64,000 nt of DNA from Bilabrum cf. latius (Eukaryota): the NCBI GenBank assembly GCA_965178125.1, contig OZ237759.1, forward strand, positions 806,001 to 870,000, written 5' to 3'. Of this stretch, positions 12,118 through 24,523 are shown in pieces. The translations under genes and the position numbers were made by a program. Position 1 is the first letter of the stretch; each line of letters begins with the position of its first letter. Below the pieces are notes generated by a model, which had not been told where the DNA came from, did no database searches, and worked only from the letters and a program-made list of their open reading frames with translations.

Positions 12118-12624
12118 ATGAAAAACACAATTTGGAAGTTTTTAAATGAATACTTTGATGTCTTTAGTTTAATACTTAAAATACGAGACGAAAACCCTAG
12201 TGATGTCATAAGTACTATAATAGCAATGTATGAAGAGAGTGAAATAGAAGATCCAAAAGAGATCCATAAACATATGAGTGAAATTCGTCATAACTTGGAA
12301 CTTAGATTTAAAACAAAGTATGTTGAAGTATTAAGCACAGATCACGATGACAAAGCAGAAAGTTATCTCCATCTTAATAATATATTATGTAATATTGAAG
12401 GAGAGCAATATGTGGAGGATAGCAAAATCAAGATGTCCGAGAAAAAACAAGTATTTATAAAGACTTACGGTGATATGGATAAAATCAACGAGACTGTCCA
12501 AGAGATGGAACAAGAAGACGAAAAGACTAAAACAGGAGTAGAAAAAGAAATAGATCAAAAGTTAAGTCTATTATGTAATACTTCTAAACAACCAGACAAT
12601 ATTTGTCTAGATTATAAATTGTAA
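12118..12624 (+). CDS. Virophage hypothetical protein (168 aa)
   Basis: Clean ORF, TAA stop, preceded by the CCACTATATATATAGG leader motif. Confidence 0.7.
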   Translation: MKNTIWKFLNEYFDVFSLILKIRDENPSDVISTIIAMYEESEIEDPKEIHKHMSEIRHNLELRFKTKYVEVLSTDHDDKAESYLHLNNILCNIEGEQYVEDSKIKMSEKKQVFIKTYGDMDKINETVQEMEQEDEKTKTGVEKEIDQKLSLLCNTSKQPDNICLDYKL

Positions 12625-12751
12625 TATCAGTATGTATTTTAATTATAAAAATACAAATTGACAGGTTAGATACGACCGCCCCAAATTGCGGAAATATTAT
12701 AGCTATTCAAGATATATTTGTGCAATTCTGGGCGCGTAGGCGTATTGACTT

Positions 12752-13388
12752 TTATATGGAATAGCCAAGGTCTAGAGTCGAACGAAGCTTATCGTGAAGC
12801 TATTCGTAAGTATTATAAATGTAATAGCTAGAAGGGTTCAACTCTTTGATATAAGAGTTACGGTCTTCTAACATAGACTTCTATTTATCTACTTTCTAAT
12901 TCTTTAAAGTCTTCTAGAATAGTGAATTAGATGGAAGACATACAACTATACTTTCTTTTTTAAATAACTCATTAGCTAGACTTAACTCTTTAGTAAAGAA
13001 TATTACTCTCTTCTCGCTACCTTCATTCAACCAGTTATCTTTTACCCATTGAAGGGCTTCTTTACTGGCTTTTCTATTAAGTATATTATAATTACCCCAA
13101 TCACTTTTTAACTTACATTCGTCTAGTTTCATAAGTAATTCGGGCTCCTAGACATATACTCCTAGAGTACTATCTAAATCAACAAGTAAACAGTCTTTAG
13201 AACTAGACCGTAATATTTGACAAGCGGTAGACTTACCACTACCTTCAGGCACACAGATACATATTTTTTTACGTTTATGTAAAGGTTTATCCCATAACCA
13301 CTACCAACAAGACATACCACCAGAGTATGCTAGAGGTAGTAAGACACTTAAACCTCCTACAACGACACTGCTTGAACTGATTCCATCC
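12752..13388 (-). pseudogene. Virophage P-loop NTPase/kinase-like gene (212 aa) with start codon split by the Ngaro insertion
   Basis: ICICVPEGSGKST and LLVDLD; joining 17877 to 13388 rebuilds AAAATG GAT GGA (MDG...) in frame to TAA at 12752. Confidence 0.75.
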
Positions 13389-16300
13389 TAATGCTAACGC
13401 CGAATGGGGTTCGGGGTTGATGTGGCGATGCGTTCGAGACTCGAACACAGGCTCCGGTCTACCAACGCGAGGTTGCAACCGCCAGTGCGACCAGCAGCTT
13501 GCGAGGCATTCCCTCGTCTCCTTCCTTAGGGAAGGGGGCGGGGCAGCGCGGCAGTGGCCGTTCCGGCTCATGCCGTTGTTTTGTTTAGTATTTATGTTCG
13601 GTTTGGTGCTCACACGGGTAGTGCTTAACGCCGTGTCAACTATCGCGCGTGTCCATGTGGGTCCGTTCGGCCTACATCGTGCATCCATCCTCGGCCTACT
13701 TGGCGCTCCAGTGGATCCGAACCAATATTTACTTCGATGTGATCCATCTTTCTCGGCACATCGATGGGACTTCGGTCCGTTGGGCTCGGCTGCTGCTTGC
13801 GCCACGGTCTCCCGGGTGTGTGCTCGCCGATGGCATTTTCGCGCGATCTCTGCGTCCCTCCCTTTCGTACTTGTTCCTACGCACGGCCATGCATGTAGAA
13901 ACATATTCAAATGGTTCGATCTTACGGTTTTCCGACGACCCAGCCTTTCCGTTGGCGAGGCGCGCTCCGCTTTTCCGGTCGCACCTCGAAAGCAACCACT
14001 TTCGGCCAGATCAGCCATCGTACCAGGATACAGCACGATTTGCACCTATCGAGTGACTGATCATTTGAATTGTGCAGGGTGGGCACGTAGTCAGCTTGGA
14101 CTCCATCGTCCTCTGGCTGCCGACGACAGCAGGCTCGGTGAGCCTTCGTCATCGTCCAGACAACCCTGCAGCTCGCACCAGGCGTGCGTGCAGGAGGTCG
14201 AAGCGAGCAGCGCGGTGTGGCGCAGCTCGTAGACGGAGGCCGGCCTGGAGCCTGGTCGGTTGACGCAGCATCAGTGGTGGGCTGGTGCTGTGTCTTGCGC
14301 GGGTGCCGGAGCTTGGCCACGGTGGCCTGCTGCTCCCTGCGCCCCACGCGCAGTTCCTCCCGCTCCGGCGGATGAGTCAGCAGTGGCACGTTGCCACCGG
14401 CTGACGACGACAGCAGGCTCGGTGAGCCTTCGTCATCGTCCAGAAAACCCTGCAGCTCGCACCAGGCGTGCGTGCAGGAGGTCGAAGCGAGCAGCGCGGT
14501 GTGGCGCAGCTCGTAGACGGAGGCCGGCCTGGAGCCTGGTCGGTTGACGCAGCATCAGTGGTGGGCTGGTGCTGTGTCTTTGCGCGGGTGCCGGAGCTTG
14601 GCCACGATGGCCTGCTGCTCCCTGCGCCCCACGCGCAGTTCCTCCCGCTCCGGCGGATGAGTCAGCAGTGGCACGTTGCCACCGGCTGACGACGACAGCA
14701 GGCTCGGTGAGCCTTCGTCATCGTCCAGAAAACCCTGCAGCTCGCACCAGGCGTGCGTGCAGGAGGTCGAAGCGAGCAGCGCGGTGTGGCGCAGCTCGTA
14801 GTCGGAGGCCGGCCTGGAGCCTGGTCGGTTGCCGCAGCATCAGTGGTGGGCTGGTGCTGTGTCTTGCGCGGGTGCCGGAGCCTGGCCACGATGGCCTGCT
14901 GCTCCCTGCGCCCACGCGCAGTTCCTCCCGCTCCGGCGGATGAGTCAGCAGTGGCACGTTGCCACCGGCTGACGACGACAGCAGGCTCGGTGAGCCTTCG
15001 TCATCGTCCAGAAAACCCTGCAGCTCGCACCAGGCGTGCGTGCAGGAGGTCGAAGCGAGCAGCGCGGTGTGGCGCAGCTCGTAGACGGAGGCCGGCCTGG
15101 AGCCTGGTCGGTTGACGCAGCATCAGTGGTGGGCTGGTGCTGTGTCTTGCGCGGGTGCCGGAGCTTGGCCACGATGGCCTGCTGCTCCCTGTGCCCCACG
15201 CGCAGTTCCTCCCGCTCCGGCGGATGAGTCAGCAGTGGCGCGTTGCCACCGGCTGACGACGACAGCAGGCTCGGTGAGCCTTCGTCATCGTCCAGAAAAC
15301 CCTGCAGCTCGCACCAGGCGTGCGTGCAGGAGGTCGAAGCGAGCAGCGCGGTGTGGCGCAGCTCGTAGACGGAGGCCGGCCTGGAGCCTGGTCGGTTGCC
15401 GCAGCATCAGTGGTGGGCTGGTGCTGTGTCTTGCGCGGGTGCCGGAGCTGGGCCACGATGGCCTGCTGCTCCCTGCGCCCCACGCGCAGTTCCTCCCGCT
15501 CCGGCGGATGAGTCAGCAGTGGCACGTTGCCACCGGCTGACGACGACAGCAGGCTCGATGAGCCTTCGTCATCGTCCAGAAAACCCTGCAGCTCGCACCA
15601 GGCGTGCGTGCAGGAGGTCGAAGCGAGCAGCGCGGTGTGGCGCAGCTCGTAGACGGAGGCCGGCCTGGAGCCTGGTCGGTTGCCGCAGCATCAGTGGTGG
15701 GCTGGTGCTGTGTCTTGCGCGGGTGCCGGAGCCTGGCCACGATGGCCTGCTGCTCCCTGCGCCCCACGCGCAGTTCTCCCGCTCCGGCGGATGAGTCAGC
15801 AGGGGCACGTTGCCACCGACTGACGACGACAGCAGGCTCGGTGAGCCTTCGTCATCGTCCAGAAAACCCTGCAGCTCGCACCAGGCGTGCGTGCAGGAGG
15901 TCGAAGCGAGCAGCGCGGTGTGGCGCAGCTCGTAGACGGAGGCCGGCCTGGAGCCTGGTCGGTTGACGCAGCATCAGTGGTGGGCTGGTGCTGTGTCTTT
16001 GCGCGGGTGCCGGAGCTTGGCCACGATGGCCTGCTGCTCCCTGCGCCCCACGCGCAGTTCCTCCCGCTCCGGCGGATGAGTCAGCAGTGGCACGTTGCCA
16101 CCGGCTGACGACGACAGCAGGCTCGGTGAGCCTTCGTCATCGTCCAGAAAACCCTGCAGCTCGCACCAGGCGTGCGTGCAGGAGGTTGAAGCGAGCAGCG
16201 CGGTGTGGCGCAGCTCGTAGACGGAGGCCGGCCTGGAGCCTGGTCGGTTGACGCAGCATCAGTGGTGGGCTGGTGCTGTGTCTTTGCGCGGGTGCCGGAG

Positions 16301-17876
16301 CTTGGCCACGATGGCCTGCTGCTCCCTGCGCCCCACGCGCAGTTCCTCCCGCTCCGGCGGATGAGTCAGCAGTGGCACGTTGCCACCGGCTGACGACGAC
16401 AGCAGGCTCGGTGAGCCTTCGTCATCGTCCAGAAAACCCTGCAGCTCGCACCAGGCGTGCGTGCAGGAGGTCGAAGCGAGCAGCGCGGTGTGGCGCAGCT
16501 CGTAGACGGAGGCCGGCCTGGAGCCTGGTCGGTTGCCGCAGCATCAGTGGTGGGCTGGTGCTGTGTCTTGCGCGGGTGCCGGAGCTTGGCCACGGTGGCC
16601 TGCTGCTCCCTGCGCCCCACGCGCAGTTCCTCCCGCTCCGGCGGATGAGTCAGCAGTGGCACGTTGCCACCGGCTGACGACGACAGCAGGCTCGGTGAGC
16701 CTTCGTCATCGTCCAGAAAACCCTGCAGCTCGCACCAGGCGTGCATGCAGGAGGTCGAAGCGAGCAGCGCGGTGTGGCGCAGCTCGTAGACGGAGGCCGG
16801 CCTGGAGCCTGGTCGGTTGACGCAGCATCAGTGGTGGGCTGGTGCTGTGTCTTTGCGCGGGTGCCGGAGCCTGGCCACGATGGCCTGCTGCTCCCTGCGC
16901 CCACGCGCAGTTCTCCCGCTCCGGCGGATGAGTCAGCAGTGGCACGTTGCCATTGACTGACGCCCCCTCGTCAGGCTTGCTCCCTACATCCAGTAGTTTG
17001 GAGCACCCTGATTTCCCGCTTTGCGGATGAGTCACTGCGGGTATATTCTCCGGCAGCTGACGATCTCTTGGGCCACATGGTTCCTCGCCCAGGAACAGGC
17101 ATGTAGACACAGTGGTAGCCACTCCACTGGCCTACTTGCAGGTTCCCAATCGACTGGTTCTTCCACGGATGTCGCCGTACGTACCTCCTTTGGCACAACC
17201 CGACTGCATAGTCGATGAGTTGTGTCAACGGACTCAACGCCGGCGCGGTTTCGTCCCTGACCTACGGTCGTCGACTCGACTACCGCTATCATCGACTGTT
17301 TCCACACGTCCTACAGATGGTCCCGACAACCAGTCAACTTCAATGATCAAGGCATGGCGATGTAAGACTTGGCTGATAGTGGAGCGGACGCGCAACCGAC
17401 GGTTCTGGTGCTTTCCAACCGACGTCGGCGCGCGGTCTGCTCAGATTGGCCATGCTTTGCCCATGTCTTGATTGAACTGGAGACGAAGTGTGTCGAGTAA
17501 GCATCGTTGCATCATAATGCTAACGCCGAATGGGGTTCGGGGTTGATGTGGCGATGCGTTCGAGACTCGAACACAGGCTCCGGTCTACCAACGCGAGGTT
17601 GCAACCGCCAGTGCGACCAGCAGCTTGCGAGGCATTCCCTCGTCTCCTTCCTTAGGGAAGGGGGCGGGGCAGCGCGGCAGTGGCCGTTCCGGCTCATGCC
17701 GTTGTTTTGTCCCACCCTCCTCTCCCTGGTTTGGCTGATAGTGGAGCGGACGCGCAACCGACGGTTCTGGTGCTTTCCAACCGACGTCGGCGCGCGGTCT
17801 GCTCAGATTGGCCATGCTTTGCCCATGTCTTGATTGAACTGGAGACGAAGTGTGTCGAGTAAGCATCGTTGCATCA
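13389..17876 (+). mobile_element. Non-autonomous Ngaro-type (tyrosine-recombinase retrotransposon) element nested in the virophage
   Basis: GC-rich island with split direct repeats A1 (13389-13584) ... B1 (17369-17514) A2 (17515-17710), 20-bp spacer, B2 (17731-17876); no TSD; no recognisable RT, RNase H or recombinase ORF. Confidence 0.88.
14121..16952 (+). repeat. Ten near-identical tandem repeats of about 284 bp
   Basis: GACGACAGCAGGCTCGGTGAGCC recurs every 283-285 bp. Confidence 0.95.
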
Positions 17877-17921
17877 ATTTTATTATATTAATAAAAAAGA
17901 TATTTCTATAATTAAACTCAA

Positions 17922-18644
17922 TTATCCTGTTAAGAAAATACAAGGTACGACTTTATACTCTACTCCATTAGCATCAGTAGAAGTACCACTTGAAAAGTCT
18001 TCATCTACTAGAGCTTTTGCTACAATAGTCTAATCAACAGAGACTGGTTGAGGATTAGGCGCATAGACATATCCACTATCAGAGCTATTAATTAAGTAAT
18101 CACCCGCACTTACATCTCCTCCATTTTTATTTACTTTCACAGCTCCATCACCTAAAGATGCCACAAGTACTTTACCATCATCATGGTGTTCTCCTACATA
18201 TACTCCAAAAGGTGGTGAATGTTGAGATGCTTGACTTACGACATATTCATTAGTTGTTGGTCCTTTATTAACTACACTATCAAGAGTAACCACTGACCCA
18301 ATACCAGCTGGTAAACTAGAAGCAACATCACTACAAGATGCAACATGTGTACCGGTAAATGATAAGAAGTTGGTTGCTGTCATAGTACTGGTTTGAGTGC
18401 CATCACCTGCGACATTGATTGAGATAGATGCACCTGCTGATGCTGAGTTTTTACCTATTCTCCATGTGAAAGACTTAGCATCTTCATTAGTACCACTCAT
18501 AATATATGGTAGTGATTGACCATTGAAGTTAAGTCCAAAGTTAGCGGCTCCATCAAAGCCTTCTGCTTTAATTGATTCTACTTCAATAGACTTACTCTTT
18601 AATTCATATTCATTTTTGTTTAAGAGATTGTATATTCCTGCCAT
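17922..18644 (-). CDS. Virophage fibre/spike-like protein with putative intramolecular-chaperone (peptidase G2-like) C-terminus (240 aa)
   Basis: SFTGTH...VASLGDGAVKV...NGGDVSAGDYLINS...GY...[TAG]TIVAKAL...VPCIF, a pattern recalled from viral fibre C-termini; TAA at 17922. Confidence 0.6.
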
Positions 18645-18887
18645 TACTTATAATATATTAGCTAGACTAGATATTTTTTTTTTAAATTACGAGATTTTAA
18701 AAAGTTAGTAGTATAAGATATAGTATAATACTAGCGCCCCAAATTGCGATAATATATTAGGATATTAAGATATATTTCCGCAATTCTGGGCGCGTAGGCG
18801 TATTGATTTTTATAATTTAGTCATTTTTAATATAGCCACCTCTTACAATGTAATATTTTTAAATTAAAATATTATAGTATATACCAT

Positions 18888-20330
18888 TTAAAGACTTCTT
18901 AATCTTGAATCTAACCAAGATATTAGAGTATCAAGTCTCTTATTAAGACCTGAACCTTCACCAGTCTTACTTTCACTTGCTCCACTAGATGATTGACCTT
19001 GTGCTTCTTGTTCTTGTTCTTCCCGTTCTTGTGCTGCTCGTGCTGCTCTTGTTCTTGCTTCTTGACCTTTACCAAGATCTTCACCTGCATCGCTTGCTAC
19101 AAATTCTCCATCTGGTTGTCTTTCTAATAGTGTCCCTTCTGTCTCATCATCTAAAGGTTCATTACCTCTTGCTATCTATTCAGCAGCTTCATTCATTACA
19201 TCACTTAATGCGGCTTCTCTTCGTAAGTCTGGATCTTTTTCCTTAGCTCGTCTAAGTCTTTCTTTAAGTGGAGTTCCTGACGGTTCTGCACGACTAAATG
19301 GGTTTGGTTGTCTTTTTCTTAGTGATAATTGTCTTTCAATATCTTTCTTTGCGTCATCAAACTTGATTCTATTTAAATTTACAAATCTAGTTTTACTGTC
19401 AAGTCCCGATTGTCTTCCAGTCTTAATATCTTGAAATAAGCTCTATAAATCATAATACTACATATCATCTATTGGCACACCATCATATTCATCACCTAAT
19501 AGTGCTTTAAGTCTATCTTTTAGTACTGGTGCTTTAGATGTGGCTTTTGTTTTATAAATATCATTTATTGCTTCCATTCTTTTATTAAGTACATCTCTTT
19601 TTAGTTTAACTCGATCAGTTTGGCTTCGTAATCGTTCCAAAGCATAGCCTTTTGACTTTTTATCTCCTAATCTTTCTAATAGAGGTACTATTTGTGTTCC
19701 TTTTGCTCTTTGTCTAACTTTTACAAGTCTTGATGCCATTGAATTAAGTTGAGCCTTAGAGAGACCATTTAAAGTTGAATCACTTACACCTCTCTCTTTA
19801 AGAAACTTCTTCAACTAGTCTACTGTTAAGTCATTCTCTAAGTCTTTGACATCTTTAGGTAAATTGTCTATCTCTTCTGCTTCAATAAATAAGTTATTTA
19901 ATGCGTCGTTAAGTTTTGACTCAGCTTTACCTTTTTGAAATAGAGTATTAGATGAGTTCATATATGGAATATTCTATATCATCTTAGCAATAGCTTCAGC
20001 ATCTTCATCAAGTAGTTCATTATCTTTAGCTAGTCTTACAACTTGATCTATATCTGCTACTTTATACTTTTTACCTTTCTTACTGTTATCTTTAACTCTT
20101 TTTAAAGTCCTTTTCATAAGATTTGCTATTCTTTTTAATTTTCTCTTTTCTTCTAATGGCATAAAGTCCTCTTCTAATTGAATCTTTTGTTTTCGTTTAG
20201 CTTCTCCTATAGCTGCTCTTATGGCTCTCTCTTCGTTTCTTACCTTTCGTCTTGCTTGACTTGTAGGGGCTCTACTTTCCACAAGTCCATCGAGTAAGTC
20301 TTCCAATACTGCTGTTCTTTTTTTAGACAT
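18888..20330 (-). CDS. Virophage charged protein with SAP/HeH-like motif (480 aa)
   Basis: Track fragments share one frame joined by TAG; LTVD[TAG]LKKFLKERGV resembles the SAP helix LTVxQLKxxLKxRG. Confidence 0.7.
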
Positions 20331-20369
20331 CGTATAATTATATTATGATAATAGATAATATTATTAAAT

Positions 20370-20813
20370 TTACATACCATTTTCTTTTAATATTTTACTT
20401 GCTTCTCCTAGACTTACGCCATACTTCTTCATTACCGCACTCACTAATTTACCTCTTGCTTTAGCTTTTGGATTAGGTTTCCTCTTACGCTTAGCCTTTC
20501 CAAGTCCTACAGTCTTAAGTGCAGCATCAAGAGGGACACCAACTTCAGGGGCTACAAACTTAAGACCTGTTCGTATTGCCTTTCCTACATTACTTTTAAT
20601 ACCTTTTTTAATTGTTCGCCCTACTTTCTTGAATTTACGACCTACTTTTTTAAAAAAGCGTCCAACTTTTGAACCACCTTGAACACCATTCATTTGATAG
20701 TCTTCAAATAATTCAAGTAGTTTTTGCTTAAATTCGTCTTTTAAATTGTTGACTTTGGCATTAGAGGGTGATTTACCTAGTTGCTATAGTCTTTGTCTTA
20801 TGAAATCGTCCAT
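20370..20813 (-). CDS. Very basic core-like protein with di-glycine motif (147 aa)
   Basis: ATG 20813; VQGG followed by SKVGRFFKKVGRKFKKVGRTIKKG; K/R-rich tail. Confidence 0.75.
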
Positions 20814-20847
20814 TATAATAAAGAACTATAATATTTCTTATTAATAT

Positions 20848-21666
20848 ATGGTTAAATTAACAAAGTAGTAGCTAAAGTATTATTCACGATTTGATAATAA
20901 GATATTCAAGTCTTTTAAAATAAATAGAAGTGATATTTATTTAAATGGTTCATATTCATTTACTCATAATATGCTTTCACTTTGGGCTGGAGACATAGAC
21001 CTATACTCTCCCGTTAAATTGTCTGATGTCAATAGTGTTATAAATGAATTAAAGACCTTAAGAGGTAGTAGATTAATACATATTTATAACGTTGAATATG
21101 ATGATAATGGCGTCTCTTTAGATACATTTCTTGATACTAATAGACCTAAAATATTAAAATCTTTAAAATAGTAGAATAATCCTATGATATTCGTTGAAAG
21201 TTGGGTCTATACTGGATATATTGAAGAGGTTAGTATATTATATGATATTGGAGGTAAGATATTGAAAATGAAGCCTCAACAAGTAGCTGATAGGATGATA
21301 GATGACATAAAAGACTTACAAAAAGAACGAAAATATTTCAAGATATTAAAAAGACTAGATGTAATTTACGACGAATTAGGGCAAAAGAAGAAACAGGAAG
21401 AGATTGAACAACTTATAAAGAATCCCGATGTAGGCTTTCTTTACTTGACTATTACAAGATTAAAAAGTTTATTACTTCCAACAGTTCCATTTAAATTAAA
21501 AAATAGAGTTATTGATAGACTTAAGAATGATGTACGTAAATTAGGACTTATTAAACCAGTTTATCAATACTTTAATACGTTCAATAGTAAAGATGTAAGT
21601 ATTATAATTAAATATTTAGAAGACTAGCTCAATAAAAGGGTCGTTAAATTAGTTTCACATAATTGA
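20848..21666 (+). CDS. Pol-beta-superfamily nucleotidyltransferase-like protein (272 aa)
   Basis: IYLNGSY...WAGDIDLY fits the hG[GS]-x(n)-DhD motif; frame continuous through two TAG-TAG pairs to TGA 21666. Confidence 0.6.
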
Positions 21667-21860
21667 ATACACCTAAACGCCCAGAATTGCAGACATAATT
21701 CTCTTGATACTTATATATTTCCGCAATTTGGGGCGCCCTATATTGTGAGATTTTCATTAGATTGACCCGAAAATGTAAAACCTCTAACAGCCTACGCGCC
21801 CAGAATTGCACAAATATATCTTAAATAGCTATAATATTACCGCAATTTGGGGCGGTCGTC

Positions 21861-22382
21861 TCACCAGTCACTATAAAATAGCTCGTCAATGTCTTCTTCG
21901 TTAAGTTTATTAACTTTTTCTGTCGGATGGAGGGGATTATCTGGTCGTATGTCATGTAAATAGCACTTAAGTCTGAAAAATTTTAGATATTCATAAATTA
22001 ACTACATTTGAAAAAAGTCTTTTTTAAATAACCTTTCCCACTCAACGGATTGTTTAAATTGTTCTATACATTCATTTATTTTCATTGAATTAGCATAGTC
22101 AAAGTTGAATGTTTTTAAGTGATCAAAAGAAGACGATACATATCCGTTATCATTTAACGTAAAGTCCATATCATAATAGTACTTTTTACTGCAATTGATA
22201 ATACATTCTCTATACTTACGAGCAATTAGAAGACAAGTTATATAATTAGTATAGCAATCTACTCTATCAGTTGTCATCATATTACGCTACTCTTCTGCTT
22301 TCTTATAGTACTAATTAACTTTACATGAGTACTTATAAAATGATTTAATATATCTTTTTGAAATTAGAAGTTTGTGATCCAT
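21861..22382 (-). CDS. Virophage hypothetical protein (173 aa)
   Basis: ATG 22382 to TGA 21861 with three in-frame TAG. Confidence 0.65.
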
Positions 22383-22527
22383 AATTCTATATATTTATAT
22401 GATATTTTAATCATATTCTTAAGACTGTGCACTCTAAAATGAATATTTGAAATGGCTACTTCTCACAATATACCTTTTAAACCCACTTATTATTAGAAAA
22501 ATAATAAATATTAACATATAGTATATA

Positions 22528-23595
22528 ATGTCATTATCATACGATGAAATACCAAATAGTCATTTAGTTGCTTTAAGAGAATACAAGCACAAGAAGAGGA
22601 ACAAAAGCGTCTTTTTTAGTGAAGATGTAGGGGAAAAAGTCATAACTCCAGAAGATATAAGTGATGATTTACTTGAAGAGTACTATGGAAAGAGAGCAAT
22701 TAAATATGAGAAGAATAAAAAAGCATTACGTGAAGAGATGTGTAAGTTAGTGAATGGAAATAAAAAACTAGTTAGAAAGACTAACGAGTTAAGAATAGAT
22801 GATAAGAGTTAGTTTGAAATAGTCCCATTCTTTGATGATGAGACCAAAAGACAAATACACTATTTAAGTGGTTAGGCTGGTGCTGGTAAGTCTTATATTG
22901 CTAAGTCTTTACTCAAGTATTATCATATGTTCATTCCAAAGAAGAGGGTTTTAGTCATTACACCAGTACAGGAAACAAATCCAACTTATTTAAAATATGG
23001 TAATTTTATTGATATTGATAAATTAGTAGCAGTAGATAGAAACGATAGTTATGATGACTTAATGAGGAAATATAAAGAAGAAAAGATATTCTTTAGGTAG
23101 GAAAAGAAGTCATTAGAACCTCATGAATTAATTAAAAGAGAGTAAGAGATAGAAAGAATGAAACCAACAAGTAAAGACAAGACTAAGGCATCATTTACCA
23201 CTACTCCATTGTATGAAGAATGGGCAAAATAGGGTCCTTCTGTGGTGGTATTTGATGATTATGAAGCCTTAAACGGGGATAAAAAGTAGAGGGCGTTATT
23301 CTTAATTAAGCGTATAGGTGAAGTTGGAAGACATAGCTCAACAAATATGATAGTTATAAGTCATTTAACGAATGATTATGCGAATACTAGGTCAATAGTC
23401 ATGGAAAGTCATAATATTATTTTATTTAAGAGAAATCTATGGAAATTTAGCAAATATTTAATGAAAGCATATTTAGGATTTGATGCAAGTCTTATAAATC
23501 GTGTTTATAAATTGTTTGGAGAAGGTAATAGATGGCTATGTATTAATAAGACGTATAATTTTATCACTTGTCCTAAATAGATGTTCGTATATTAA
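22528..23595 (+). CDS. FtsK-HerA/A32-type packaging ATPase; one internal TAA at 23143-23145
   Basis: Walker A YLSG[TAG]AGAGKS, Walker B VVVFDDYE, arginine finger GRH, ISH motif; first gene of the morphogenesis block. Confidence 0.88.
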
Positions 23596-23614
23596 TTTTC
23601 TTAGTATTAAGTAT

Positions 23615-24163
23615 ATGGATATAACCACTGCATTAAGTCCTGAAGAGGTACAAAGACTATACTTTACATTTACAAAGTAGCATATACCAGTTATAATGTA
23701 TGAAGAAATAAGTGATACTAATAACATCAGACAATTTCTAGATGAAAATCCTTTATTTGTCCTTTATTATCCTAACTTAGTAGAAGGAGCAACAATGAGC
23801 GGTCATTATACTGCGGTCATATTTAATAAATCAAAGAATACTCTTTATTTTTGGGATAGTTATGGTCAATTACCTGATACTCATATTCCAGTCGTAGGAG
23901 GAGTCATAGACCCATAGAAGCTATATGATAGAAGTAGTCTTCTAATAGATCACGTATTAGATGCTGGTATTAATGTTGACTATTCAAATCAAAAGAATCA
24001 ATTAATATCAAATAACTCTGCCACATGCGGTCGGTGGAGTGTGCTCAGACTTCTCTTTCATAATTTAACGAATGATTAGTTTAATAGTCAATTAAAGAAG
24101 GCTTTTAAAAAGTATGGAGGAGGACTAGATAATGATGAACTTATTACTTTGATAATTAGTTAA
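23615..24163 (+). CDS. Adenain-like cysteine maturation protease (182 aa)
   Basis: SGHYTAV, YFWDSYG, Q...SATCGRW catalytic His/Asp/Gln/Cys order. Confidence 0.93.
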
Positions 24164-24523
24164 TATGACATATACCATAAATTTTTAGATATTGAAAATT
24201 GATATCTATAAGGTGGCCATATTAAAAAGACTAAAATATAAAAATGAATACGGGTACGCGCCCAGAATTGCGGAAATATATCTTAATATCCTAATATATT
24301 ATCGCAATTTGGGGCGCTGGTATTATACTATATCTTAAGATACTAAATTTTTAAAATTTCGGAATATTGGATTTTTTCAATGAGTCAAATAATTAATAAA
24401 AACTTTTTTAAAAAGTCATTACGGGTAAGCGCCCAGAATTGCGGAAATATATCTTAAATAGCTATAATATTACCGCAATTTGGGGCATTAGACAAGACTT
24501 ATTTTCTTGATAAATGTTATAGA

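Noticed and set aside
13417-17866. Many ORFs in the nested element and its tandem array
   Set aside because: GC-rich repeat artefacts; frames shift between units and no RT, gag or recombinase motif is convincing.
23142-23232. Intron removing the ATPase TAA (GTAAGA donor-like site)
   Set aside because: The obvious acceptor gives a 91-nt intron that shifts the frame, and the frame is already continuous across the TAA.
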